DNA from: the human T2T-CHM13v2.0 reference genome, Homo sapiens
Length of the DNA stretch: 64,000 nt
Assembly (NCBI RefSeq): GCF_009914755.1
Contig: NC_060948.1
Strand: one strand, 5' to 3'
Part shown: piece after piece, positions 10,989 to 25,182 of the stretch
How the letters are laid out: each line of letters begins with the position of its first letter
How positions within the stretch are numbered: the first letter of the stretch is position 1
Made by a program: the position numbers and the translations under genes
The notes under the pieces: generated by a model
Told to the model about the DNA's origin: nothing
Databases searched by the model: none
Seen by the model: only the letters and a program-made list of their open reading frames with translations

Positions 10989-13900
10989 GGCCTGGAATAA
11001 AGTGGAATGCTACGGTCTCGAATGGAATAAAAATGTATGGAATGGAATGCAATGAAACGGAATCGAATGTCATAGAATGTAATGGAATGCAAAAAAATGG
11101 AATCCAAAATCATTGACTGGAAAGGCTGGGTGTCGAAAGGAATTGACTCCAATGGAATGGAATCGAATGGAATGGAAGTGAATAGAATCGAACTAAATCG
11201 AATTTAATGGAATTGATAGGAACGGAATGGAAAGGAATGCAATGATTTGGCATGGAATGGAATCGAATGGCATCGAATGGAATGGAATGGAATGCAATGG
11301 AATGGAACGTATTAGAATGTAATGAACTTTAATGGAATGTACTCGAATGGATTCGACTGGAATGGAATGTTGTGGAAGTGAATGGACTCCAATGGAATGG
11401 ATTCAAAAGGAATGGAATCGTACGGAATGGAATCTAATGGAATGGAATTAAATGGAAATGAATCAAATTGAATAGCATGGAATTGAATTGAATGGAATCG
11501 AATGCAATGGAATCTAATGAAACGGAAAGGAAAGGAATGGAATGGAATGGAATGGGCTGGAATGGAAAGGAATCGAAACGAATGGAATGGAATCGAACTG
11601 AAGAGACTGGAATGGAATGCACTGGAATGGAAGGGAGTGTAATGGAAGGTTCTCGAAAAAAATGGAATCGAATGGAATGGAATTGAATGCAACGGAATAG
11701 AGTCGAATGGAATTGAATGGAATGGAATGGACTAGAGTGAAATGGAATCGAACCACAAGGAATGGACAGGAATAGAATGGTCTCGAATTGAATGGAATCG
11801 TATGGAATGGCATCAAACGGAATGGAATGGACAGCCACGGAATGGAATGCACTCGAATGCAATGGAGTCGAAACTAATGGACTGGAATAGAATGGACTCG
11901 ACTGGTACGGACTCCAATGGAATGGAATCGAATGGAAGGGAATCGAACGGAATGGACTCGAAGGGAAAAGACTGCAATGGAAAGGTCTCGAATGGAATGG
12001 AAATAAATGGAATGGAATGGAATCGAATGAAATGGAGTCAAAAGGAATGGAATCGAATGGCAAGAAATCGAATGTAATGGAATCGCAAGGAATTGATGTG
12101 AACGGAACGGAATGGAATGGAATCCAAAGGAATGGAATAGAATGGAATGGAATCGAATGGAAAGGACTCGAATGGAAATCACTCGAATAGAATGCAATTT
12201 AATAAAATAGGACCAAATGTAATGGAATGGAATGGAAAGGAATCGAAACGAAAGGAATGGAGACAGATGGAATGGAATGGAACAGAGAGCAATGGTATAG
12301 AGTGGAATGGAATCATCTGGAATGGAATTGAATGGAATGGAATAATATGAAATGGAATGGAATGGAATGGAATGGAATGCCCTTGAATTAAATGGACTGG
12401 AATGGAATGGACTCGAACAGAGTGGAATGGAAAGTGTTGAGATAGAATGGAATGGACTCGTTTGGAATGGTCTAGTAGGCAATGCAATCGACTGGCAGGG
12501 AATCAAAAGGAATGTAATCGAATGGATTGGACTGGAATGCAATGGACTCGAATAGATTGCAAACGGAATGCAAAGGAATGGAATGGAATAGTATGGAATG
12601 GAATGGAAAGGAATGGAGTGGAATAGACTAGAGTGGAATGGAATGGACTGGAAAGAAATGGACTGGAATGGAACTTTCTTGAATGGACAGGAATCAAACG
12701 GAATGGAATGCAATGCAATCAAATGGCATGGAATAAAATAGAATGAAAGAGAATCAAATGGAATTGAATCGAATGGAATCGAATGGATTGGAAAGGAATA
12801 GAATGGAATGGAATGGAATTGACTCAAATGGAATGGACTAGAATGGAATGGATTCGAATGGAAGGCAAACGAATGGAATCTATTGGAATGGACTGTAATG
12901 GAATGGAATGGAAGGGATTGGAATGGACTCGAATGGAATGGACTGCAATAGAAAGGATTCGAATGGAATGAAAAAGAATTGAATGGAATAGAACAGAATG
13001 GAATCAAATCGAATGAAATGGAATGGAATAGAAAGGAATGGAATGAAATGGAATGGAAAGGATTCGAATGGAATGCAATCGAATGGAATGGAATCGAACG
13101 GAATGGAATAAAATGGAAGAAAACTGGCAAGAAATGGAATCGAAATGAATGGAGTGTTATGGAACGGACTCAAAAGGAATTGAATGTAATAGAATGGAGT
13201 GGAGTGGACTCGAATATAATGGACTGGAATGGAATGAAATCACATGGAATGGGAACGAATGGAATGGAATGGAAAGGAATGGAATCGAATGGAAAGGAAT
13301 CGAATAGAAGGGAATGAAATTGAATCAACAGGAATGGAAGGGAATAGAATAGACGGTAATGGAATGGACTCGAATTGAATGGACACGAATGCTGAAATTG
13401 AATGGACTCGAATGGAATGGAAACGAAAGGAATGTCATCGAATGGAATTGAATCGATTGGAATGAAATCGCATAGAATGGAGTGGAATCAAATGGAATTG
13501 AATCGAAAGGAAAGGAAGCGAATGGACTGAAACGAAATGGAATGGAATTGAATGGAAAGTAATGCAATGGAATAGAATGGAACGAAATTTCACGGAATGG
13601 AATCAAACTGAATGGAATCAAATCAATGGAATCTAATCAAATGGAATGGAAAGGAACTGAATGGAGTAGATTGGATTGGATGGGATTGGAATGAAATGTA
13701 CTGGAAAGGACTCGAATTTCATGAAACGGAATGGAATGAATTGGAACGGAATGGACTCGAATGGAATGGAATGTCATGGAATGGCATCAAATGGAATGGC
13801 ATCAAATGGAATGGAATCGAATGCAATGGAATGCTATGGAATGGAATGGCCTCCAATGGAATGGATTCGAGTGGAATGGCATCGAATATAACGGAGTCGA

Positions 13901-14532
13901 ATGAAATGGAATTGAAAAGAATGGGATCGAATACAATGGAATATACTGGAATGTAATGTAATGAACTCGAATGTAATTGACTGGAATGGAATGTACATGA
14001 ATGGAATGTAATCGAATGGAAAGTAATCCAATGGAATAGAATCTAATGCAATAAAATCGACTCAGATAGAGTAGAATGTAATGGAATGGAGTGCAGTGCA
14101 ATGGAATGGAATGGAATGGAATGCAATGGAATGGAATGGAATGGAATGGAATGGAATTTAATGGAATGGGATGGAATGGTATGGAATGGATAGTAATGGA
14201 CTGGAGTGAAATGGACTGGAAAGGAATGGACTCAAATTGAAAGGGCTCGAAAGGAATGGAGTCAAATGGAATGGTCTGGAATGGAATGAACACGAATGTA
14301 ATGCAATCCAATAGAATGGAATCGAATGGCATGGAATATAAAGAAATGGAATCGAAGAGAATGGAAACAAATGGAATGGAATTGAATGGAATGGAATTGA
14401 ATGGAATGGGAACGAATGGAGTGAAATTGTATGCAGTAGAAGGGAATAGAATGGAATGCAAGCGAAAGGAAAGGAATGGATTGGAATGGAATGGAATTCA
14501 TTGGAATGGAAGGGAATGTAGTGTAATGGACA
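10989..14532 (+). repeat. DYZ1 unit, 3544 bp (extra internal HaeIII site at 13848)
   Basis: HaeIII spacing; 20-bp deletion with GGCCTCCAAT at 13848. Confidence 0.92.
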
Positions 14533-17500
14533 GGCCTGGAATAAAGTGGAATGCTACGGTCTCGAATGGAATAAAAATGTATGGAATGGAATGCAATGAA
14601 ACGGAATCGAATGTCATAGAATGTAATGGAATGCAAAAAAATGGAATCCAAAATCATTGACAGGAAAGGCTGGGTGTCGAAAGGAATTGACTCCAATGGA
14701 ATGGAATCGAATGGAATGGAAGTGAATAGAATCGAACTAAATCGAATGGAATGGAATTGATAGGAACGGAATGGAAAGGAATGCAATGATTTGGCATGGA
14801 ATGGAATCGAATGGCATCGAATGGAATGGAATGGAATGCAATGGAATGGAATGTATTAGAATGTAATGAACTTTAATGGAATGTACTCGAATGGATTCGA
14901 CTGGAATGGAATGTTCTGGAAGTGAATGGACTCCAATGGAATGGATTCAAAAGGAATGGAATCGTACGGAATGGAATCTAATGGAATGGAATTAAATGGA
15001 AATGAATCAAATTGAATAGCACGGAATTGAATTGAATGGAATGGAATGCAATGGAATCTAATGAAACGGAAAGGAAAGGAATGGAATGGAATGGAATGGG
15101 CTGGAATGGAAAGGAATCGAAACGAATGGAATGGAATCGAACTGAAGAGACTGGAATGGAATGCACTGGAATGGAAGGGAGTGTAATGGAAGGTTCTCAA
15201 AAAAAATGGAATCGAATGGAATGGAATTGAATGGAACGGAATAGAGTCGAATGGAATTGAATGGAATGGAATGGACTAGAGTGAAATGGAATCGAACCAC
15301 AAGGAATGGACAGGAATAGAATGGTCTCGAATTGAATGGAATCGTATGGAATGGCATCAAACGGAATGGAATGGACAGCCACGGAATGGAATGCACTCGA
15401 ATGCAATGGAGTCGAAACTAATGGACTGGAATAGAATGGACTCGACTGGTACGGACTCCAATGGAATGGAATCGAATGGAAGGGAATCGAACGGAATGGA
15501 CTCGAAGGGAAAAGACTGCAATGGAAAGGTCTCGAATGGAATGGAAATTAATGGAATGGAATGGAATCGAATGAAATGGAGTCAAAAGGAATGGAATCGA
15601 ATGGCAAGAAATCGAATGTAATGGAATCGCAAGGAATTGATGTGAACGGAACGGAATGGAATGGAATCCAAAGGAATGGAATAGAATGGAATGGAATCGA
15701 ATGGAAAGGACTCGAATGGAAATCACTCGAATAGAATGCAATTTAATAAAATAGGATCAAATGTAATGGAATGGAATGGAAAGGAATCGAAACGAAAGGA
15801 ATGGAGACAGATGGAATGGAATGGAACAGAGAGCAATGGTATAGAATGGAATGGAATCATCTGGAATGGAATTGAATGGAATGGAATAATATGAAATGGA
15901 ATGGAATGGAATGGAATGGAATGCCCTTGAATTAAATGGACTGGAATGGAATGGACTCGAACAGAGTGGAATGGAAAGTGTTGAGATAGAATGGAATGGA
16001 CTCCTTTGGAATGGTGTAGTATGCAATGCAATCGACTGGCAGGGAATCAAAAGGAATGTAATGGAACGGACTGGACTGGAATGCAATGGACTCGAATAGA
16101 TTGGAAACGGAATGCAAAGGAATGGAATGGAATAGTATGGAATGGAATGGAAAGGAATGGAGTGGAATAGACTAGAGTGGAATGGAATGGACTGGAAAGC
16201 AATGGACTGGAATGGAACTTTCTTGAATGGACTGGAATCAAACGGAATGGAATGCAATGCAATCAAATGGCATGGAATAAAATAGAATGAAGAAAATGAA
16301 ATGGAATTGAATCGAATGGAATCGAATGGATTGGAAAGGAATAGAATGGAATGGAATGGAATTGACTCAAATGGAATGGACTAGAATGGAATGGATTCGA
16401 ATGGAAGGCAAAGGAATGGAATCTATTGGAATGGACTGTAATGGAATGGAATGGAAGGGATTGGAATGGACTCGAATGGAATGGACTGCAATAGAAAGGA
16501 TTCGAATGGAATGAAAAAGAATTGAATGGAATAGAACAGAATGGAATCAAATCGAATGAAATGGAATGGAATAGAAAGGAATGGAATGAAATGGAATGGA
16601 AAGGATTCGAATGGAATGCAATCGAATGGAATGGAATCGAACGGAATGGAATAAAATGGAAGAAAACTGGCAAGAAATGGAATCGAAATGAATGGAGTGT
16701 TATGGAACGGACTCAAAAGGAATTGAATGTAATAGAATGGAGTGGAGTGGACTCGAATATAATGGACTGGAATGGAATGAAATCACATGGAATGGGAACG
16801 AATGGAATGGAATGGAAAGGAATGGAATCGAATGGAAAGGAATCGAATGGAAGGGAATGAAATTGAATCAACAGGAATGGAAGGGAATAGAATAGACGGT
16901 AATGGAATGGACTCGAATAGAATGGACACGAATGCTCAAATTGAATGGACTCGAATGGAATGGAAACGAAAGGAATGTCATCGAATGGAATTGAATCGAT
17001 TGGAATGAAATCGCACAGAATGGAGTGGAATCAAATGGAATTGAATCGAAAGGAAAGGAAGCAAATGGACTGAAATGAAATGGAATGGAATTGAATGGAA
17101 AGTTATGTAATGGAATACAATGGAACGAAATTTCACGGAATGGAATCAAACTGAATGGAATCAAATCAATGGAATCAAATCAAATGGAATGGAAAGGAAT
17201 TGAATGGAGTAGATTGGATGGGATGGGATTGGAATGAAATGTACTGGAAAGGACTCGAATTTCATGAAACGGAATGGAATGAATTGGAACGGAATGGACT
17301 CGAATGGAATGGAATGTCAGGGAATGGCATCAAATGGAATGGCATCAAATTGAATGGAATCGAATGCAATGGAATGCTATGGAATGGAATGGAATGCATT
17401 GGAATGGAATGTCCTCTAATGGAATGGATTCGAGTGGAATGGAATCGAATATAATGGAGTCGAATGAAATGGAATTGAAAGGAATAGGATCGAATACAAT

Positions 17501-18090
17501 GGAATATACTGGAATGTAATGTAATGAACTCGAATGTAATTGACTGGAATGGAATGTACATGAATGGAATGTAATCGAATGGAAAGTAATCCAATGGAAT
17601 AGAATCTAATGCAATAAAATCGACTCAGATAGAGTAGAATGTAATGGAATGGAGTGCAGTGCAATGGAATGGAATGGAATGGAATGCAATGGAATGGAAT
17701 GGAATGGAATGGAATGGAATGGAATGGAATGGAATGGTGTGGAATGGATAGTAATGGACTGGAGTGAAATGGACTGGAAAGGAATGGACTCAAATTGAAA
17801 GGGCTCGAAAGGAATGGAGTCAAATGGAATGGTCTGGAATGGAATGAACACGAATGTAATGCAATCCAATAGAATGGAATCGAATGGCATGGAATATAAA
17901 GAAATGGATTCGAAGAGAATGGAAACAAATGGAATGGAATTGAATGGAATGGAATTGAATGGAATGGGAACGAATGGAGTGAAATTGTATGCAGTAGAAG
18001 GGAATAGAATGGAATGCAAGCGAAAGGAAAGGAATGGATTGGAATGGAATGGAATTCATTGGAATGGAAGGGAATGTAGTGTAATGGACA
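14533..18090 (+). repeat. DYZ1 unit, 3558 bp
   Basis: HaeIII spacing; 1-bp deletion at ~16292. Confidence 0.92.
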
Positions 18091-21000
18091 GGCCTGGAAT
18101 AAAGTGGAATGCTACGGTCTCGAATGGAATAAAAATGTATGGAATGGAATGCAATGAAACGGAATCGAATGTCATAGAATGTAATGGAATGCAAAAAAAT
18201 GGAATCCAAAATCATTGACTGGAAAGGCTGGGTGTCGAAAGGAATTGACTCCAATGGAATGGAATCGAATGGAATGGAAGTGAATAGAATCGAACTAAAT
18301 CGAATGGAATGGAATTGATAGGAACGGAATGGAAAGGAATGCAATGATTTGGCATGGAATGGAATCGAATGGCATCGAATGGAATGGAATGGAATGCAAT
18401 GGAATGGAATGTATTAGAATGTAATGAACTTTAATGGAATGTACTCGAATGGATTCGACTGGAATGGAATGTTGTGGAAGTGAATGGACTCCAATGGAAT
18501 GGATTCAAAAGGAATGGAATCGTACGGAATGGAATCTAATGGAATGGAATTAAATGGAAATGAATCAAATTGAATAGCACGGAATTGAATTGAATGGAAT
18601 GGAATGCAATGGAATCTAATGAAACGGAAAGGAAAGGAATGGAATGGAATGGAATGGAATGGGCTGGAATGGAAAGGAATCGAAACGAATGGAATGGAAT
18701 CGAACTGAAGAGACTGGAATGGAATGCACTGGAATGGAAGGGAGTGTAATGGAAGGTTCTCGAAAAAAATGGAATCGAATGGATTGGAATTGAATGGAAC
18801 GGAATAGAGTCGAATGGAATTGAATGGAATGGAATGGACTAGAGTGAAATGGAATCGAACCACAAGGAATGGACAGGAATAGAATGGTCTCGAATTGAAT
18901 GGAATCGTATGGAATGGCATCAAACGGAATGGAATGGACAGCCACGGAATGGAATGCACTCGAATGCAATGGAGTCGAAACTAATGGACTGGAATAGAAT
19001 GGACTCGACTGGTACGGACTCCAATGGAATGGAATCGAATGGAAGGGAATCGAACGGAATGGACTCGAAGGGAAAAGACTGCAATGGAAAGGTCTCGAAT
19101 GGAATGGAAATTAATGGAATGGAATGGAATCGAATGAAATGGAGTCAAAAGGAATGGAATCGAATGGCAAGAAATCGAATGTAATGGAATCGCAAGGAAT
19201 TGATGTGAACGGAACGGAATGGAATGGAATCCAAAGGAATGGAATAGAATGGAATGGAATCGAATGGAAAGGACAAGAATGGAAATCACTCGAATAGAAT
19301 GCAATTTAATAAAATAGGATCAAATGTAATGGAATGGAATGGAAAGGAATCGAAACGAAAGGAATGGAGACAGATGGAATGGAATGGAACAGAGAGCAAT
19401 GGTATAGAATGGAATGGAATCATCTGGAATGGAATTGAATGGAATGGAATAATATGAAATGGAATGGAATGGAATGGAATGGAATGCCCTTGAATTAAAT
19501 GGACTGGAATGGAATGGACTCGAACAGAGTGGAATGGAAAGTGTTGAGATAGAATGGAATGGACTCCTTTGGAATGGTGTAGTATGCAATGCAATCGACT
19601 GGCAGGGAATCAAAAGGAATGTAATCGAATGGATTGGACTGGAATGCAATGGACTCGAATAGATTGCAAACGGAATGCAAAGGAATGGAATGGAATAGTA
19701 TGGAATGGAATGGAAAGGAATGGAGTGGAATAGACTAGAGTGGAATGGAATGGACTGGAAAGCAATGGACTGGAATGGAACTTTATTGAATGGACTGGAA
19801 TCAAACGGAATGGAATGCAATGCAATCAAATGGCATGGAATAAAATAGAATGAAAGAGAATCAAATGGAATTGAATCGAATGGAATCGAATGGATTGGAA
19901 AGGAATAGAATGGAATGGAATGGAATTGACTCAAATGGAATGGACTAGAATGGAATGGATTCGAATGGAAGGCAAAGGAATGGAATCTATTGGAATGGAC
20001 TGTAATGGAATTGAATGGAAGGGATTGGAATGGACTGCAATAGAAAGGATTCGAATGGAATGAAAAAGAATTGAATGGAATAGAACAGAATGGAATCAAA
20101 TCGAATGAAATGGAATGGAATAGAAAGGAATGGAATGAAATGGAATGGAAAGGATTCGAATGGAATGCAATCGAATGGAATGGAATCGAACGGAATGGAA
20201 TAAAATGGAAGAAAACTGGCAAGAAATGGAATCGAAATGAATGGAGTGTTATGGAACGGACTCAAATGAATTGAATGTAATAGAATGGAGTGGAGTGGAC
20301 TCGAATATAATGGACTGGAATGGAATGAAATCACATGGAATGGGAACGAATGGAATGGAATGGAAAGGAATGGAATCGAATGGAAAGGAATCGAATGGAA
20401 GGGAATGAAATTGAATCAACAGGAATGGAAGGGAATAGAATAGACGGTAATGGAATGGACTCGAATAGAATGGACACGAATGCTCAAATTGAATGGACTC
20501 GAATGGAATGGAAACGAAAGGAATGTCATCGAATGGAATTGAATCGATTGGAATGAAATCGCATAGAATGGAGTGGAATCAAATGGAATTGAATCGAAAG
20601 GAAAGGAAGCGAATGGACTGAAATGGAATGGAATTGAATGGAAAGTAATGCAATGGAATAGAAGGGAACGAAATTTCACGGAATGGAATCAAACTGAATG
20701 GAATCAAATCAATGGAATCAAATCAAATGGAATGGAAAGGAATTGAATGGAGTAGATTGGATTGGATGGGATTGGAATGAAATGTACTGGAAAGGACTCG
20801 AATTTCATGAAACGGAATGGAATGAATTGGAACGGAATGGACTCGAATGGAATGGAATGTCATGGAATGGCATCAAATGGAATGGCATCAAATGGAATGG
20901 AATCGAATGCAATGGAATGCTATGGAATGGAATGGAATGCATTGGAATGGAATGTCCTCTAATGGAATGGATTCGAGTGGAATGGAATCGAATATAATGG

Positions 21001-21633
21001 AGTCGAATGAAATGGAATTGAAAGGAATGGGATCGAATACAATGGAATATACTGGAATGTAATGTAATGAACTCGAATGTAATTGACTGGAATGGAATGT
21101 ACATGAATGGAATGTAATCGAATGGAAAGTAATCCAATGGAATAGAATCTAATGCAATAAAATCGACTCAGATAGAGTAGAATGTAATGGAATGGAGTGC
21201 AGTGCAATGGAATGGAATGGAATGGAATGCAATGGAATGGAATGCAATGGAATGGAATGGAATTGAATGGGATGGAATGGTATGGAATGGACAGTAATGG
21301 ACTGGAGTGAAATGGACTGCAAAGGAATGGACTCAAATTGAAAGGGCTCGAAAGGAATGGAGACAAATGGAATGGTCTGGAATGGAATGAACACGAATGT
21401 AATGCAATCCAATAGAATGGAGTCGAATGGCATGGAATATAAAGAAATGGAATCGAAGAGAATGGAAACAAATGGAATGGAATTGAATGGAATGGAATTG
21501 AATGGAATGGGAAAGAATGGAGTGAAATTGTATGCAGTAGAAGTGAATAGAATGGAATGCAAGCGAAAGGAAAGGAATGGATTGGAATGGAATGGAATTC
21601 ATTGGAATGGAAGGGAATGTAGTGTAATGGACA
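18091..21633 (+). repeat. DYZ1 unit, 3543 bp
   Basis: HaeIII spacing; 15-bp deletion at ~20035 and 1-bp deletion at ~20267. Confidence 0.92.
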
Positions 21634-24600
21634 GGCCTGGAATAAAGTGGAATGCTACGGTCTCGAATGGAATAAAAATGTATGGAATGGAATGCAATGA
21701 AACGGAATCGAATGTCATAGAATGTAATGGAATGCAAAAAAATGGAATCCAAAATCATTGACTGGAAAGGCTGGGTGTCGAAAGGAATTGACTCCAATGG
21801 AATGGAATCGAATGGAATGGAAGTGAATAGAATCGAACTAAATCGAATGGAATGGAATTGATAGGAACGGAATGGAAAGGAATGCAATGATTTGGCATGG
21901 AATGGAATCGAATGGCATCGAATGGAATGGAATGGAATGCAATGGAATGGAATGTATTAGAATGTAATGAACTTTAATGGAATGTACTCGAATGGATTCG
22001 ACTGGAATGGAATGTTGTGGAAGTGAATGGACTCCAATGGAATGGATTCAAAAGGAATGGAATCGTACGGAATGGAATCTAATGGAATGGAATTAAATGG
22101 AAATGAATCAAATTGAATAGCACGGAATTGAATTGAATGGAATGGAATGCAATGGAATCTAATGAAACGGAAAGGAAAGGAATGGAATGGAATGGAATGG
22201 GCTGGAATGGAAAGGAATCGAAACGAATGGAATGGAATCGAACTGAAGAGACTGGAATGGAATGCACTGGAATGGAAGGGAGTGTAATGGAAGGTTCTCG
22301 AAAAAAATGGAATCGAATGGAATGGAATTGAATGGAACGGAATAGAGTCGAATGGAATTGAATGGAATGGAATGGACTAGAGTGAAATGGAATCGAACCA
22401 CAAGGAATGGACAGGAATAGAATGGTCTCGAATTGAATGGAATCGTATGGAATGGCATCAAACGGAATGGAATGGACAGCCACGGAATGGAATGCACTCG
22501 AATGCAATGGAGTCGAAACTAATGGACTGGAATAGAATGGACTCGACTGGTACGGACTCCAATGGAATGGAATCGAATGGAAGGGAATCGAACGGAATGG
22601 ACTCGAAGGGAAAAGACTGCAATGGAAAGGTCTCGAATGGAATGGAAATTAATGGAATGGAATGGAATCGAATGAAATGGAGTCAAAAGGAATGGAATCG
22701 AATGGCAAGAAATCGAATGTAATGGAATCGCAAGGAATTGATGTGAACGGAACGGAATGGAATGGAATCCAAAGGAATGGAATAGAATGGAATGGAATCG
22801 AATGGAAAGGACTCGAATGGAAATCACTCGAATAGAATGCAATTTAATAAAATAGGATCAAATGTAATGGAATGGAATGGAAAGGAATCGAAACGAAAGG
22901 AATGGAGACAGATGGAATGGAATGGAACAGAGAGCAATGGTATAGAATGGAATGGAATCATCTGGAATGGAATTGAATGGAATGGAATAATATGAAATGG
23001 AATGGAATGGAATGGAATGGAATGCCCTTGAATTAAATGGACTGGAATGGAATGGACTCGAACAGAGTGGAATGGAAAGTGTTGAGATAGAATGGAATGG
23101 ACTCCTTTGGAATGGTGTAGTATGCAATGCAATCGACTGGCAGGGAATCAAAAGGAATGTAATGGAATGGATTGGACTGGAAAGCAATGGACTCGAATAG
23201 ATTGGAAACGGAATGCAAAGGAATGGAATGGAATAGTATGGAATGGAATGGAAAGGAATGGAGTGGAATAGACTAGAGTGGAATGGAATGGACTGGAAAG
23301 CAATGGACTGGAATGGAACTTTCTTGAATGGACTGGAATCAAACGGAATGGAATGCAATGCATTCAAATTGCATGGAATAAAATAGAATGAAAGAGAATG
23401 AAATGGAATTGAATCGAATGGAATCGAATGGATTGGAAAGGAATAGAATGGAATGGAATGGAATTGACTCAAATGGAATGGACTAGAATGGAATGGATTC
23501 GAATGGAAGGCAAAGGAATGGAATCTATTGGAATGGACTGTAATGGAATGGAATGGAAGGGATTGGAATGGACTCGAATGGAATGGACTGCAATAGAAAG
23601 GATTCGAATGGAATGAAAAAGAATTGAATGGAATAGAACAGAATGGAATCAAATCGAATGAAATGGAATGGAATAGAAAGGAATGGAATGAAATGGAATG
23701 GAAAGGATTCGAATGGAATGCAATCGAATGGAATGGAATCGAACGGAATGGAATAAAATGGAAGAAAACTGGCAAGAAATGGAATCGAAATGAATGGAGT
23801 GTTATGGAACGGACTCAAAAGGAATTGAATGTAATAGAATGGAGTGGAGTGGACTCGAATATAATGGACTGGAATGGAATGAAATCACATGGAATGGGAA
23901 CGAATGGAATGGAATGGATAGGAATGGAATCGAATGGAAAGGAATCGAATGGAAGGGAATGAAATTGAATCAACAGGAATGGAAGGGAATAGAATAGACG
24001 GTAATGGAATGGACTCGAATAGAATGGACACGAATGCTCAAATTGAATGGACTCGAATGGAATGGAAACGAAAGGAATGTCATCGAATGGAATTGAATCG
24101 ATTGGAATGAAATCGCATAGAATGGAGTGGAATCAAATGGAATTGAATCGAAAGGAAAGGAAGCGAATGGACTGAAACGAAATGGAATGGAATTGAATGG
24201 AAAGTAATGCAATGGAATAGAATGGAACGAAATTTCACGGAATGGAATCAAACTGAATGGAATCAAATCAATGGAATCCAATCAAATGGAATGGAGTAGA
24301 TTGGATTGGATGGGATTGGAATGAAATGTACTGGAAAGGACTCGAATTTCATGAAACGAAATGGAATGAATTGGAACGGAATGGACTCGAATGGAATGGA
24401 ATGTCATAGAATGGCATCAAATGGAATGGCATCAAATGGAATGGAATCGAATGCAATGGAATGCTATGGAATGGAATGGAATGCATTGGAATGGAATGTC
24501 CTCTAATGGAATGGATTCGAGTGGAATGGAATCGAATATAATGGAGTCGAATGAAATGGAATTGAAAGGAATGGGATCGAATACAATGGAATATACTGGA

Positions 24601-25182
24601 ATGTAATGTAATGAACTCGAATGTAATTGACTGGAATGGAATGTACATGAATGGAATGTAATCGAATGGAAAGTAATCCAATGGAATAGAATCTAATGCA
24701 ATAAAATCGACTCAGATAGAGTAGAATGTAATGGAATGGAGTGCAGTGCAATGGAATGGAATGGAATGGAATGCAATGGAATGGAATGGAATGGAATGGA
24801 ATGGAATGGAATGGAATGGGATGGAATGGTATGGAATGGATAGTAATGGACTGGAGTGAAATGGACTGGAAAGGAATGGACTCAAATTGAAAGGGCTCGA
24901 AAGGAATGGAGTCAAATGGAATGGTCTGGAATGGAATGAACACGAATGTAATGCAATCCAATAGAATGGAATCGAATGGCATGGAATATAAAGAAATGGA
25001 ATCGAAGAGAATGGAAACAAATGGAATGGAATTGAATGGAATGGAATTGAATGGAATGGGAACGAATGGAGTGAAATTGTATGCAGTAGAAGAGAATAGA
25101 ATGGAATGCAAGTGAAAGGAAAGGAATGGATTGGAATGGAATGGAATTCATTGGAATGGAAGGGAATGTAGTGTAATGGACA
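21634..25182 (+). repeat. DYZ1 unit, 3549 bp
   Basis: HaeIII spacing; 15-bp deletion at ~24292. Confidence 0.92.
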
